A stretch of 64,000 nt of DNA from positions 146,587 to 210,586 of IMG/VR virus record IMGVR_UViG_3300042350_004191. One strand, written 5' to 3'. This document shows positions 29,450 to 39,057 of this stretch, piece by piece (position 1 is the stretch's first letter; each line of letters starts with the position of its first letter). Under the pieces are notes generated by a model that worked only from the letters and a program-made list of their open reading frames with translations, ran no database searches and was not told the DNA's origin. Made by a program: the position numbers and the translations under genes.

Positions 29450-30163
29450 CTATCTTGTTAAATTTAATAAATTTGGTGTGTTTTGATCTCTTACGTAATA
29501 TTGATCATATACAAAATCTACAGAGGTATATTTCATATCATCGGCCATATATGAATATTGTTCTCCATCAATACCCACCGGAACAATATTGTTAAATCTA
29601 TAAGTTTTTCGTATGGCTTGTTTATTACCACTACCTACTCTTGCCATTAAGTTAACATCACAGTATGAACACTTTACGTTTCTTGTGCTATCAAAATCTC
29701 TAGATATTAAACCATAATACGAAGACAATACCATCCAAGGTCTTATTACTAGATCAACAAAAGACGCATTTGTTTCCAAGAAAGTTATTCTTAATTTTGA
29801 ATATTTTGTTCTAGTATTAGATGTTGCTGGTGGTAAAAATCCACCATATTCTAATCCAGTATTTCCAGCATCAATACCATCATTTGGAAGATTTACTTGT
29901 CTTGCAAATACACAGCCAACGCCATATTGTGTATTATATTCCCAATCAGTTAATTTAGTAATACTGTCTTGTTTAACATGCCAACCAGCCTGACCAAAAT
30001 TTGACTCAATTGCATTTAATCTCTTAGTTACGTCTCCTTGCAAAGCAGGTACACTGTCTATATCGAATATTAGCCACCATTGACTAGCAGACGCAAGAGC
30101 AGTAGGCCACGCAGCTAAAGACTTGAAATAATTTTCATAAGGATAAGGATCTTCACTAGCCAT
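29450..30163 (-). CDS. Tail-tube-fold protein (gp54-like tube initiator)
   Basis: RQVNLP...LRITFLET...IRPW, Y.F..IVP..I, V.F.YD; directly downstream of the tube gene. Confidence 0.55.
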   Translation of the reverse strand: MASEDPYPYENYFKSLAAWPTALASASQWWLIFDIDSVPALQGDVTKRLNAIESNFGQAGWHVKQDSITKLTDWEYNTQYGVGCVFARQVNLPNDGIDAGNTGLEYGGFLPPATSNTRTKYSKLRITFLETNASFVDLVIRPWMVLSSYYGLISRDFDSTRNVKCSYCDVNLMARVGSGNKQAIRKTYRFNNIVPVGIDGEQYSYMADDMKYTSVDFVYDQYYVRDQNTPNLLNLTR

Positions 30164-30195
30164 ATGCTATATGAATTACTTATCCTTAAGTAAAA

Positions 30196-30735
30196 TTATT
30201 CTACTCTCCAGTATTGGTAAGCAATAGTAGCTGGAACTGTGACAATATCACCAGCAGTGCCAACATTCAGTGTCATTTCTCCCAAATTAGTAATATAGCA
30301 ACCATAGAGATGATATCTTCTAAGTCTGTTACCATTTTTACCAATCAAGTCGAGAGTTGTAACACCTTCATCACCAGCGGGAATAGAATATTCTCCGGTG
30401 CTGGTTTCATCATCAAAGATGCTCTTCATCCAATCTTCAAGTTTGTCACGGACATCAAGCTCTGCATCCATTCTCATAGTAACCTGCCATGCGTTACTAT
30501 TTGGATACTGAACCGTACCGGGAACATTGAATTGAAGTCCCATATAAGGAACTTGAATGTTGTTTATTGTCTTGCTAGGGAGTGTTGTTGATTCGATGTA
30601 AAGCAAATCATCATCGTTGAAGAAGTTTGCTCCACCGAATGCAATTACTCTAAAAAGATTTTGTCTGAAGAAATCTTTTCTACCAGCAACTTCGTGGAAG
30701 TTTCTAATGCCTTGTTGATCTAATATTCCTGCCAT
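30196..30735 (-). CDS. gp19: Tail tube protein
   Basis: RQNLFRV, TTLPS..I..I.VPY.G....PG, W.VT.R.D, L.DWM; follows the sheath gene. Confidence 0.9.
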   Translation of the reverse strand: MAGILDQQGIRNFHEVAGRKDFFRQNLFRVIAFGGANFFNDDDLLYIESTTLPSKTINNIQVPYMGLQFNVPGTVQYPNSNAWQVTMRMDAELDVRDKLEDWMKSIFDDETSTGEYSIPAGDEGVTTLDLIGKNGNRLRRYHLYGCYITNLGEMTLNVGTAGDIVTVPATIAYQYWRVE

Positions 30736-30762
30736 AATTTTATTTATCCTTTTATTCTATAA

Positions 30763-33459
30763 TTAGTTGATTAATGCATCTAAGTCTGTACCAGTTCTGG
30801 TAGCAACGAAGTCAGCCAAGATAAATTCAGCGGCTCTAACAGGTTGAATATATATTGCAACTCTGAGTTCGTTTCTATCGATTGTGTCTGGTGTGTTATT
30901 TCTTTCATCACAGATAATTCTGTAATCATAGATGCCTTCTCTTGTCTTTGCTCTTTCGAATAAAGGTGTTAATCTAAGAACAACTCTGTTTCTTGTTGTG
31001 ATTGTATTTGGTTCAAATACAAATCTATTTAAGATAGTTGTTGTGCTCTTTTCTAACCATAAGAAGAGGTTTCTTACATTCAATCTATCGAATGCTGTTT
31101 GATAATTTATGAATGTTTTTTGACCATAAACTACCATACCTTCTCTTGGGAAGTTAACGATAGGATTGTAGGAATGTCTATAAAGAAGATCTCTTTGTCT
31201 TTGATTTGGGTTGAGTGCTAGATCTACAACGCCAGTCAATCTTCCATAATTAAATCCTGCTGGAGCTAACCATGGTGCTCTTCTTCTGGTATTGAGGAGA
31301 ACTCTACCAGCAAAGCCTGATGGTGGCAACCAAACAAATTCGTCTGAGGCTGCATCATAACGTCTCATCCAGTTTGCATATGTTGCCATGTATGTTGAGC
31401 GACCAATTTTTGCATAAAGCACATTCAGAGGTCTTAAAACATCATCAACGAAGTTGAATGTTCTTGAATCGGCTATTTTAGCGTTTTTGCCTTTGACAAA
31501 AACATACCTCAATGGATCAGAAATAAATACGTGATTTTTTCTATTTTGTGCATAATTTCTGAATTTTCTCTGAACATCAACGTAAGCTTCTCTTACGACA
31601 TCAAACTCTTGGTAATAAGCTCTCCAGTTCTTAGGAATGACTTTAAGATTGTTGACATCGACATCTCTTGTGTCATCAAAGTGACCCGCGAGATCTGAAC
31701 CAACATATGGGTTAAATCTTGCAGCACTTAATGCTACGTTTATTGTGCCTAAACCAGCTTCACAAACAATGTCTATGAATGTACTTTCATTTTCAGTTAA
31801 TTCATATGTTTGGAAAACTCTGTCTAATTTAAGACTGAGATCACCAATATTTTTGTTTTTATTATCAACTGATGTAGGTGAGAACAGACTGTGACACCAA
31901 ATAGCTTTGGTTCCTTCAGCAACTCTTACCTTCTTGACAGGTCTACCAAATTGATCGATCCATACGCCTGTTTCAGATATGTTAGGATTAGTTACAAATT
32001 TAATTCTAGAATTGAGATTATTTTCAATTCTATTTTCGATGTTGAAGCTAACTAATCTTCCACCGCGAGGGTCATTTTGCTTTCTCTTGGCATACAATGA
32101 ACCAGCATATGCTTCCACTGTGCTATAATCTAAAGTTATAGCATCCTGAAGGAAAGGTGAAGTGTTTAATCTGTATACAAACAGTTTCAAGGAATCATTG
32201 AATGCATCATCTGAGAAATCATAAGCAGGGAATCTTGACATTCTTTCAGAAACACTTTGGAATGTTACACTTGAATAAGACTCTGTTAATGTGAAGTTTA
32301 ATCTTTCATCAGGAATTCTATAGAAAGACTGACCGACATTATTTCCAGAATTAACTGCGAAAATTGATGTTACAGAACTAAAATCTGTATAAGGAGTATC
32401 ATCTGAATTATCTGCAAGGGCAATGTAAAACCCTTCAAACATATCATTAACCCCTAATTTATCACTGTTGATGATAACAATACCAGCCTTACTTAAATCT
32501 TCTGGGCCATTGATTGTTAATGCGTTTAATGATCTCTTATCATGATAGTTAAGATCATATGATATTACAGTTCCTACACCATTACTGTTACTTGAAACAT
32601 AATTTGTCCAAGAACTTAATGTGTTTAAATCTGTGTTTACTGTTGCCCAAGCAATAGGAGCACCGCCAACCAAGTTTTTATCTAACTTGTTGGCATCATT
32701 TATAAGCCCATTGTCAGCAGCAACAATTCCATCAATATAATCTTGAACTCTTTGATTAAAGTATGCTTGGATATTGAATGCTGTTAAAGGTCTTTGTACT
32801 ACTTGTTGGTTTGGTAAAACAGCAGGACCTTGATATGCATTAGGAGCATATGGGAAATATTTATTGACTTCAGAAACATCACTAACTCTTAAATCATTAA
32901 CTACGTCTAAGAATAAAGCACTAGCTACTGTTCTGTTTAAAGTGAAGGTTTGGTTTGCTACTGTTGATACAGAACTTACTTGTGTACTCCATGTTACACT
33001 TCCTTCTCTGATGTATTTATCGTATTGATTTTGGTCAAATTTAACAGATTTAGGAGGAAGAATGTAATATGCTTCTGCATCAGAATAAGTTTTACCGTGT
33101 GGTAAAACTGGAAATACTAAGGCACTATAATGATTCTGAGGATCTTCTTCTCCTCCATTGGCACCATAGGGCATTCTTGTTACATGAACATCAGAACCAG
33201 TACTAACCAATTGTTCTACAGTATGGGAGAGATAACGCTCTGCGGCTGTTTCAGGTAAGCCGAAAACGGTATTAAATTGAGCCATGCTTGTGATTCTAAC
33301 AACTTGTTCAGTAGGACCCTGTGAAGCGAAACCAGTAACAACTGCGGCTGGTCTAATTGCTGCACCTCCTCCACTAGGTAGTCTTGTTAAGTCAGTTTCA
33401 GTAATTTGAACTCCGGGTGATTCAATTCTTCTTGGTGTTTGTATAATTCTTGTTGCCAT
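30763..33459 (-). CDS. gp18: Contractile tail sheath protein
   Basis: SPGVQITETDLT N-terminus; W.PPSG, WLAPAGFNYG, NPIVNFP..G....GQKT, FDRLNVRNLF, LFEPN, AEFI. Confidence 0.96.
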   Translation of the reverse strand: MATRIIQTPRRIESPGVQITETDLTRLPSGGGAAIRPAAVVTGFASQGPTEQVVRITSMAQFNTVFGLPETAAERYLSHTVEQLVSTGSDVHVTRMPYGANGGEEDPQNHYSALVFPVLPHGKTYSDAEAYYILPPKSVKFDQNQYDKYIREGSVTWSTQVSSVSTVANQTFTLNRTVASALFLDVVNDLRVSDVSEVNKYFPYAPNAYQGPAVLPNQQVVQRPLTAFNIQAYFNQRVQDYIDGIVAADNGLINDANKLDKNLVGGAPIAWATVNTDLNTLSSWTNYVSSNSNGVGTVISYDLNYHDKRSLNALTINGPEDLSKAGIVIINSDKLGVNDMFEGFYIALADNSDDTPYTDFSSVTSIFAVNSGNNVGQSFYRIPDERLNFTLTESYSSVTFQSVSERMSRFPAYDFSDDAFNDSLKLFVYRLNTSPFLQDAITLDYSTVEAYAGSLYAKRKQNDPRGGRLVSFNIENRIENNLNSRIKFVTNPNISETGVWIDQFGRPVKKVRVAEGTKAIWCHSLFSPTSVDNKNKNIGDLSLKLDRVFQTYELTENESTFIDIVCEAGLGTINVALSAARFNPYVGSDLAGHFDDTRDVDVNNLKVIPKNWRAYYQEFDVVREAYVDVQRKFRNYAQNRKNHVFISDPLRYVFVKGKNAKIADSRTFNFVDDVLRPLNVLYAKIGRSTYMATYANWMRRYDAASDEFVWLPPSGFAGRVLLNTRRRAPWLAPAGFNYGRLTGVVDLALNPNQRQRDLLYRHSYNPIVNFPREGMVVYGQKTFINYQTAFDRLNVRNLFLWLEKSTTTILNRFVFEPNTITTRNRVVLRLTPLFERAKTREGIYDYRIICDERNNTPDTIDRNELRVAIYIQPVRAAEFILADFVATRTGTDLDALIN

Positions 33460-33531
33460 ATGTTATGAAAATATTTATCTTATTTAAGTACCAATTTACG
33501 TAAAATTATAAAAAAATGTAAATAGTAGTAT

Positions 33532-33855
33532 ATGAAATCATATAATGAACTTTATACACAGTTACTTAGTGAATATCAAAATACAAATACGGATGTCCAA
33601 AATCCCAATTTTTTAAAATTACAAAATTATTTTAAGCAACTTGGCCAAAATATCGATCCTAAAACTATAGAAGGAATTCTAAAAACATTGGAAGATAAAT
33701 CTGAAAATGTTACGCAAAATACAAATGCAACAGAAAACGAAGAAGACCAAAATCAACCAGAAGTTCCAAAAGAAAAACAAACTTCCCCTAATGTTAGTCC
33801 AGTAATGAATAACCCATTGAACCCTTTCAATAAAAATCAACAAGCAACAGTATAA
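33532..33855 (+). CDS. Hypothetical late protein
   Basis: GTAAATA box upstream; N-terminal LLSE. Confidence 0.65.
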   Translation: MKSYNELYTQLLSEYQNTNTDVQNPNFLKLQNYFKQLGQNIDPKTIEGILKTLEDKSENVTQNTNATENEEDQNQPEVPKEKQTSPNVSPVMNNPLNPFNKNQQATV

Positions 33856-33858
33856 ATA
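33851..33858 (+). promoter_or_regulatory. T4-type late promoter TATAAATA
   Basis: Exact T4 late -10 consensus 6 nt before ATG 33865; also exact at 18681-18688 (-) and 37247-37254 (-). Confidence 0.75.
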
Positions 33859-33864
33859 TAATAT

Positions 33865-34149
33865 ATGTTACCAGAAAATTTCGATAATTTAGTAACTGAG
33901 CTTTTGGAAGAAGCCAAATGCACAGGACCAACGAAAAAAGCTTCATCTACAGCCAAGGGTAAAAAGTGGATGAAGTGTGTAAAAAACCCAAGTGGTGGTG
34001 GATATAAAAGAATACATTGGGGTCAAAAAGGTGTTCGTGTAACTGGTAAATCCGGTAACACAAAACGTAAAAAATCATTTCGTGCAAGACATAAATGCTC
34101 TGGAGCAAAGGCTGGCACACCACGTTACCAAGCGTGTAAAGATTGGTAA
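33865..34149 (+). CDS. Small basic Cys-containing protein, probably head-associated
   Basis: LLEEAK propeptide-like start then K/R-rich body with KKSFRARHKC...RYQACKDW. Confidence 0.75.
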   Translation: MLPENFDNLVTELLEEAKCTGPTKKASSTAKGKKWMKCVKNPSGGGYKRIHWGQKGVRVTGKSGNTKRKKSFRARHKCSGAKAGTPRYQACKDW

Positions 34150-34958
34150 CTTCTTCAATGAAGTCAAAAAAAAGTAAAAAGAAACAGACAGACTCTGTTC
34201 AAAAAAGCCATTCTCAAAACCGTGAGGATACTTCTCCTTATGTATACCAAAGAGAAAAAATTAATTTTGAATTTGGTATTAGGGAACTACCGTGGACAAA
34301 TAAACAAAAAGAACTAATTGAAGCTATTTTAGATAAACATACAAGATGTGTTTTTATTGAAGGGCCAGCAGGTACATCAAAGACATTAACTGCTGTTTAT
34401 GCCGCACTGAACCTTTTGAAAAATAAAAAAATTTCTGACATAATCTTTGTAAGAAGTGCTGTTGAAAGTGCTGATTCTAAAATAGGTTATTTACCCGGTT
34501 CTATTGATGAAAAATTTGAAGCGTATATGGTTCCCTTTATGGAAAAACTTGAAGAACTTTTAGATAAAGGTGCATTGAATAGATTAAGACATGACGAAAG
34601 ATTTAGTGCAACGCCTGTGAATTATATCCGAGGTTTACATTGGGCAGCAAAAACGATCATCGTTGACGAAGCACAAAACATCACATTCAGAGAATTGGTA
34701 ACAACTATTACTAGAATGGGTGAATTTTCAAAAATTATTTTTTGTGGAGATCCTATGCAATCAGATTTACCAGAAGCAAAAGCTGGTGGTTTTTCTAAAA
34801 TGTGTGATTTATTTTCAGATGATGAATGTAAAAAATACGGTATTCATCATTTTAGATTTACAAATGAAGACGTTGTACGATCTGAGTTTGTGAAATTTAT
34901 TGTTAATCGCCTTGAAAATGAAAAAGACACTTGGAAACCAAAAAATGTAAGTAAATAA
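34143..34958 (+). CDS. phoH: PhoH-like ATPase
   Basis: GPAGTSKT, RSAVE, IGYLPG, YIRG, IVDEAQN, TRMG..SK...GD..QSD. Confidence 0.95.
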   Translation: MVTSSMKSKKSKKKQTDSVQKSHSQNREDTSPYVYQREKINFEFGIRELPWTNKQKELIEAILDKHTRCVFIEGPAGTSKTLTAVYAALNLLKNKKISDIIFVRSAVESADSKIGYLPGSIDEKFEAYMVPFMEKLEELLDKGALNRLRHDERFSATPVNYIRGLHWAAKTIIVDEAQNITFRELVTTITRMGEFSKIIFCGDPMQSDLPEAKAGGFSKMCDLFSDDECKKYGIHHFRFTNEDVVRSEFVKFIVNRLENEKDTWKPKNVSK

Positions 34959-34962
34959 TAGA

Positions 34963-35133
34963 ATGGATCAAAATCAACAAAAAGTAGATTATAACAAAGT
35001 ATCAAACAGACCAGTTACATGTATTTATTGTGGTGCTACAGTTGTAGGAAGAGTTCAAAAAACACCACAAGGAGAACAAATAAAGTGGATTTGTGATAGA
35101 TGTAATCAACTAGTAAAAGTAGGAAATGTATGA
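34963..35133 (+). CDS. 56-aa zinc-ribbon protein (not in ORF track)
   Basis: MDQNQQ...CIYC...CDRC; TAAATA box upstream; ATGA overlap with next gene. Confidence 0.75.
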   Translation: MDQNQQKVDYNKVSNRPVTCIYCGATVVGRVQKTPQGEQIKWICDRCNQLVKVGNV

Positions 35134-35534
35134 ATTTAAAGGATATTATTGAAGAAACTATTACGAATGCGGGTAGCATGAAAGCATATTCTGCTTATGA
35201 ACAACCTGCTCGTAAAGACTTCATTCCTTTAAATCAATCAGATTATAATTTTCAATACAATCAAAATGTAAGACCCGGTGGAGAAAGACTTCCAGAACCA
35301 CCTATACAAGGAGCCGTTCCTTGGCCTTTAGAGGGTGTTGTAGACGATTTTACTAGTAGTTATGTAAATCTCTACACCGCTGGTCAAAAAATCAATGCTT
35401 CAATAAAAGCTAATAAGGCATTATCTGATAATCAAAAAGAAGAATTAAAAAAGTTTTTAAAAGATATTAAAACTATTTTAAATCATATAAAAACACTTGG
35501 GTCTAAAATAGTAGACGTTTCCAAGATCAATTAA
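35130..35534 (+). CDS. Hypothetical protein
   Basis: 134 aa, N-terminal IIEE. Confidence 0.65.
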   Translation: MNLKDIIEETITNAGSMKAYSAYEQPARKDFIPLNQSDYNFQYNQNVRPGGERLPEPPIQGAVPWPLEGVVDDFTSSYVNLYTAGQKINASIKANKALSDNQKEELKKFLKDIKTILNHIKTLGSKIVDVSKIN

Positions 35535-35579
35535 AAATTTTCTTGACCTTACAAGAAAATTCTAGTAATCTCGTTATAG

Positions 35580-35981
35580 ATGAAAAATCTTATAAGATCT
35601 ATCTCTATTAATTTAATAGTTTCTGCTTTATTCGGATTGGCCAATGTACTGTTTGGTGGTAATTTTCTTTACGTATTTGCGTTTGCTTTTTTAATTCAAT
35701 ACGTACTTTACTCTGTAATAGCAACTATCATAATAAACTATTATAGAGAAAAAACAAAACAAATAGAATTAAATAAATTAGAAAATTTATCGACTATTCT
35801 TGAGTGTGCTTATTGTAAGCAAAAAAATTTATTAACATTTATACCTGAACAAAATGAAAGAACAGAGTTTATCTGTACTTCTTGTAATAAAGAAAACGCT
35901 GTGATTATTAATTTTACAGTTGCCAGAATCACAGATTCTTTGCCAATCAATTCACTTTTAACTGATGAAGACAAAAAATAA
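35580..35981 (+). CDS. Membrane protein with zinc ribbon
   Basis: Two hydrophobic helices then CAYC...CTSC; TTGACC-17-TAATCT promoter at 35543-35571. Confidence 0.7.
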   Translation: MKNLIRSISINLIVSALFGLANVLFGGNFLYVFAFAFLIQYVLYSVIATIIINYYREKTKQIELNKLENLSTILECAYCKQKNLLTFIPEQNERTEFICTSCNKENAVIINFTVARITDSLPINSLLTDEDKK

Positions 35982-36258
35982 AACTAAACAAACTAACATT
36001 GACCTGTCCGGTAAAAATATATACGAAGAAACTATGTATTATGCTAGATGGATAGCTTTATACGAAGCAATCAACATGATTGCTGAAGAAGCAAAACAGA
36101 GAAAAAAAGAGTTTGATGTTCTCAAACTTAGTCCAGTTAAGATTAAAAAATACATTTCTAGTGTAGAAGATCATATTCAAAAAAGACTTTTACAAGAAAA
36201 ATTAGGTGTTGATTTTTATATTAAAGACAAAGATAAAGAAAAGACCTATTCTGTCTAA
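35965..36258 (+). CDS. Hypothetical protein
   Basis: 97-aa ORF overlapping the upstream gene. Confidence 0.6.
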   Translation: MKTKNKTKQTNIDLSGKNIYEETMYYARWIALYEAINMIAEEAKQRKKEFDVLKLSPVKIKKYISSVEDHIQKRLLQEKLGVDFYIKDKDKEKTYSV

Positions 36259-36884
36259 TAATCACCATAGACATTATCATTACTACAGGGGTTCTGTAGG
36301 TATGAAAAATTTTCTTGGGAGTCTTGTTCGATAGTATCATTGTCACTGACATTGGTATTATTTCCAACACCAGCACCGGGACCACCTGTTTCGTGGCTGT
36401 AATCATACCTACGACCCTTGAAGAACCAAAGATAATGTCCAGCTATAGGATTTATTTGAAACTCGTCTATAACCTCTGTTAATTCAAATACATTAGCACC
36501 ACGTTTCGGAAAGTGTATTCTATCAGCACCAAATTCTGTCAATTCAATAACATCACCAGCTTTGGGTTCACTACCGACACCAAATAATGCTTCAAACATT
36601 TCAGGATGAATAACACCATTTATATCACTATCGGCTACAATACCAAATTTAGAAAGAAGATATGAATCATTGTTAAGATTTAATAGAACAACAAGTTCTT
36701 TCCCTTCACCAAAACCCGAAACCGTATCTTCACCATATAAATCGTCAGCAGAAGATAAAGAAGTTAAATTAGAAAAAAACTTAACTTCTTGACCAAACAT
36801 TTCAATTTGTTCTTTGTTCCAACGATTGAAGTTTGACCTTTCGTTAGCATTAATTTTTTTATTTAAAAATCTAACCTTTTCCAT
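36255..36884 (-). CDS. gp14: Neck / head completion protein (gp14-like)
   Basis: QIEMFGQEV, LYGED, LSKFG, PKAGDVI, FELTEV, YDYSHE. Confidence 0.8.
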   Translation of the reverse strand: MEKVRFLNKKINANERSNFNRWNKEQIEMFGQEVKFFSNLTSLSSADDLYGEDTVSGFGEGKELVVLLNLNNDSYLLSKFGIVADSDINGVIHPEMFEALFGVGSEPKAGDVIELTEFGADRIHFPKRGANVFELTEVIDEFQINPIAGHYLWFFKGRRYDYSHETGGPGAGVGNNTNVSDNDTIEQDSQENFSYLQNPCSNDNVYGDY

Positions 36885-36887
36885 ATT

Positions 36888-37241
36888 TTATTTTTTACGT
36901 ACAACAAAATATTTTGTACCCTTTCTTACTAAAAATAAATCTGTTCTTCCTAGAGATTTTTTAAAATCACCAGTTTCTTTTTCTATATTTCGTCTAAAAA
37001 TTTTTGCTAACTCTTTTGCTACTGTAAGTGGAATTTTATCAAATTTTAAATTTTTATTCATTTTAAATCTTTTGATAATATAATGTGATCGTTTAATATT
37101 ATCAGAATCAGGAACAAAATTTAAACCTTTTTTACGGTCTATCGTATTTCTATTTAAAGACTGTGTGTGTTTTCTAGAATTTTTTGTAGGTTTTACAATA
37201 TCAGATTTTTGGTTATAAAAATTTTTAAAGCTAGAAATCAT
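36888..37241 (-). CDS. Basic hypothetical late protein
   Basis: TATAAATA at 37247-37254 (-). Confidence 0.65.
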   Translation of the reverse strand: MISSFKNFYNQKSDIVKPTKNSRKHTQSLNRNTIDRKKGLNFVPDSDNIKRSHYIIKRFKMNKNLKFDKIPLTVAKELAKIFRRNIEKETGDFKKSLGRTDLFLVRKGTKYFVVRKK

Positions 37242-37253
37242 ATATCTATTTAT

Positions 37254-37284
37254 AAAAAAACTCCATCTTTTCAGATGGAGTTTT
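37254..37284 (-). terminator. Rho-independent terminator (GAAA loop on - strand)
   Basis: AAAACTCCATCT-GAAA-AGATGGAGTTTT followed by a T-run. Confidence 0.8.
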
Positions 37285-37307
37285 CTTTTTTAATTTTTAT
37301 TAATTAA

Positions 37308-38156
37308 TTATTTGTTGTCAATTATTCCTTTGCCAACATTTACTGCTGCTACTTTGTTATTTTTGTTTTGTAAAGATTTTCCAGCAGAATCACTTTGTTT
37401 TGTTAATTCGCCTTTGAATCCTTTACCAGTAGAAGGAACTTGAGCTTTCTTTTTATGAGCCTTGATTGTGCTCTTAACAACGTTATTAGAAGGTTTGTTC
37501 ATTCCTTTAAGAAGTTTTTCTTGGTCAACCAATGCATGACCAACGACTTCTGCATCAACCTCTTCTTTAACGGTTTCTTCTTCGTCTTCAGATTCTTCAT
37601 TTTCTTCGTCAGAAGCACCGAAATCAAATTCTTCATCTTCAGATTCTTCATTTTCAGATTCTTCGTCTTCAGATTCACCGCCAATAGCAGTTTGAAGAAC
37701 GTCGATAAGTTTTTGGGCAGTTTCTTTATCAAGGGTAAGAGTTACTTCTTCAGATTCTTCTTCTTCTTCTTCAGATTCTTCTTCAGACTCATCAGAATTT
37801 TCGAGTGAAGGAACTTCATTGTCGATTTCTCCCATACCATTATCACTACCATTTTCAATTTCCCATCCAAAAGCGTCTTCTTGAAGAATTTTGTTATACA
37901 AATCTTCAAAAGGATTAGCAGCTTCTTTATAGGTAGGAGCTTTTTCTAAAGCACCGTCTTTTTCACCTTTTTCGTCACTAGAATTTCTTTTATCTTCGAC
38001 AGGTTTATCAAGATCAACATTTACATCAGCTTCATCAGCTTTGTTAAGTTTTTCAGTGCCTTCAAACGAATTTCCTGTTTTTAAAGTTGTTTTAACAACA
38101 CCAGTATCATTGCCTTCGTTTAAAACTTCTAAGTATTTTTCGGTTAATGGGTCCAT
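37308..38156 (-). CDS. Highly acidic protein, possible prohead core/scaffold
   Basis: E/S/D-rich low-complexity centre, VLNE near N-terminus, GTAAATA box upstream. Confidence 0.5.
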   Translation of the reverse strand: MDPLTEKYLEVLNEGNDTGVVKTTLKTGNSFEGTEKLNKADEADVNVDLDKPVEDKRNSSDEKGEKDGALEKAPTYKEAANPFEDLYNKILQEDAFGWEIENGSDNGMGEIDNEVPSLENSDESEEESEEEEEESEEVTLTLDKETAQKLIDVLQTAIGGESEDEESENEESEDEEFDFGASDEENEESEDEEETVKEEVDAEVVGHALVDQEKLLKGMNKPSNNVVKSTIKAHKKKAQVPSTGKGFKGELTKQSDSAGKSLQNKNNKVAAVNVGKGIIDNK

Positions 38157-38182
38157 AATTTTTGTTTGTAATAATATTTACT

Positions 38183-39028
38183 CTATTTAGGTACATTTTC
38201 ATCAAAAAATGACTCTTTGTTTAAAATAAACTCTGCTTCCTTTTCCAAATCCAACGGTTTGATTATTTGATAATCTTTATTTTCAGGAAACCATACGATG
38301 TATAAGTCATCTACTTTATAACCAGAATTTTTTTCGACTATTTTTTTATAAATGTGTAATTGTAAAGAATATTTACTCAACTCACAATCTTGTAAATGAG
38401 ACAAACCATTTAGCATAGTTTTTCCGTTGAATCCTTCAGTTTTGATCGATTGGTTGGTTTTATAATCAAAAATAGATAAGTTTTTTGTTTTTCTATTATA
38501 TGAAAGATTATCAATTGTACCACAAATTTTACTACCAACATCACCTACAACAAATTCTGATCTTATACAATAATATGATTCATCATACCATTTATAAAAA
38601 TTTAAAAAGTTTTTAACCATGAAACGCATCGTTTCTCGATACTGTTCTTTCTTTTTTTCAGCATCCAATTCTTGCCCTTCTTGAAAAAGCATATAATGAA
38701 ACCCGTCCATATCTAAAGACACAAATTTTTTATTTAAAAAGTTTTCAACATATTTGTGAAAATCAGTTCCTTTAAAACAAGCATATTCTTTTTTGAAATT
38801 CCATTCTTTTAAAATATCTTCTACAGGTCTTCCTTGTTTAAAGGCTACATTTTTAGCCACACCCGCAGAATCAAATTCTTCTGCATAATTTTTGAGAAGT
38901 GTCGTAACCGAATATTTGCAAAGTTCTCCATTTATTTTATATTTGTGATCTTTCTCGTAAAATTTTACTTTTTTAAAAGTCTCTTCGAGAAGTAAAAGGT
39001 CATCAAAAGTTTTTATTGCTTTTAGCAT
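38183..39028 (-). CDS. PD-(D/E)XK exonuclease (Cas4/RecB-like)
   Basis: GTDFHKY.E, ICGTIDNL, IFDYKTN, YSLQLHIY. Confidence 0.85.
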   Translation of the reverse strand: MLKAIKTFDDLLLLEETFKKVKFYEKDHKYKINGELCKYSVTTLLKNYAEEFDSAGVAKNVAFKQGRPVEDILKEWNFKKEYACFKGTDFHKYVENFLNKKFVSLDMDGFHYMLFQEGQELDAEKKKEQYRETMRFMVKNFLNFYKWYDESYYCIRSEFVVGDVGSKICGTIDNLSYNRKTKNLSIFDYKTNQSIKTEGFNGKTMLNGLSHLQDCELSKYSLQLHIYKKIVEKNSGYKVDDLYIVWFPENKDYQIIKPLDLEKEAEFILNKESFFDENVPK

Positions 39029-39057
39029 CCAAAGAGTCTATCATAATTCGTCAACCA

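Noticed and set aside
37560-37800. Short direct repeats (TCTTCAGATTCTTC) as a CRISPR-like array
   Set aside because: They are codon repeats encoding the Glu/Ser-rich tract of ORF 37308-38156, with no regular repeat-spacer period.
25291-37808. Long opposite-strand ORFs (e.g. 25291-25803, 30214-30591, 37440-37808)
   Set aside because: Shadow ORFs antisense to well-supported structural genes, with biased F/S-rich composition.
38183-39028. Cas4 as part of a CRISPR-Cas locus
   Set aside because: No cas1/cas2 or array nearby, and the Fe-S cysteine pattern is not evident; a stand-alone phage exonuclease is the simpler call.
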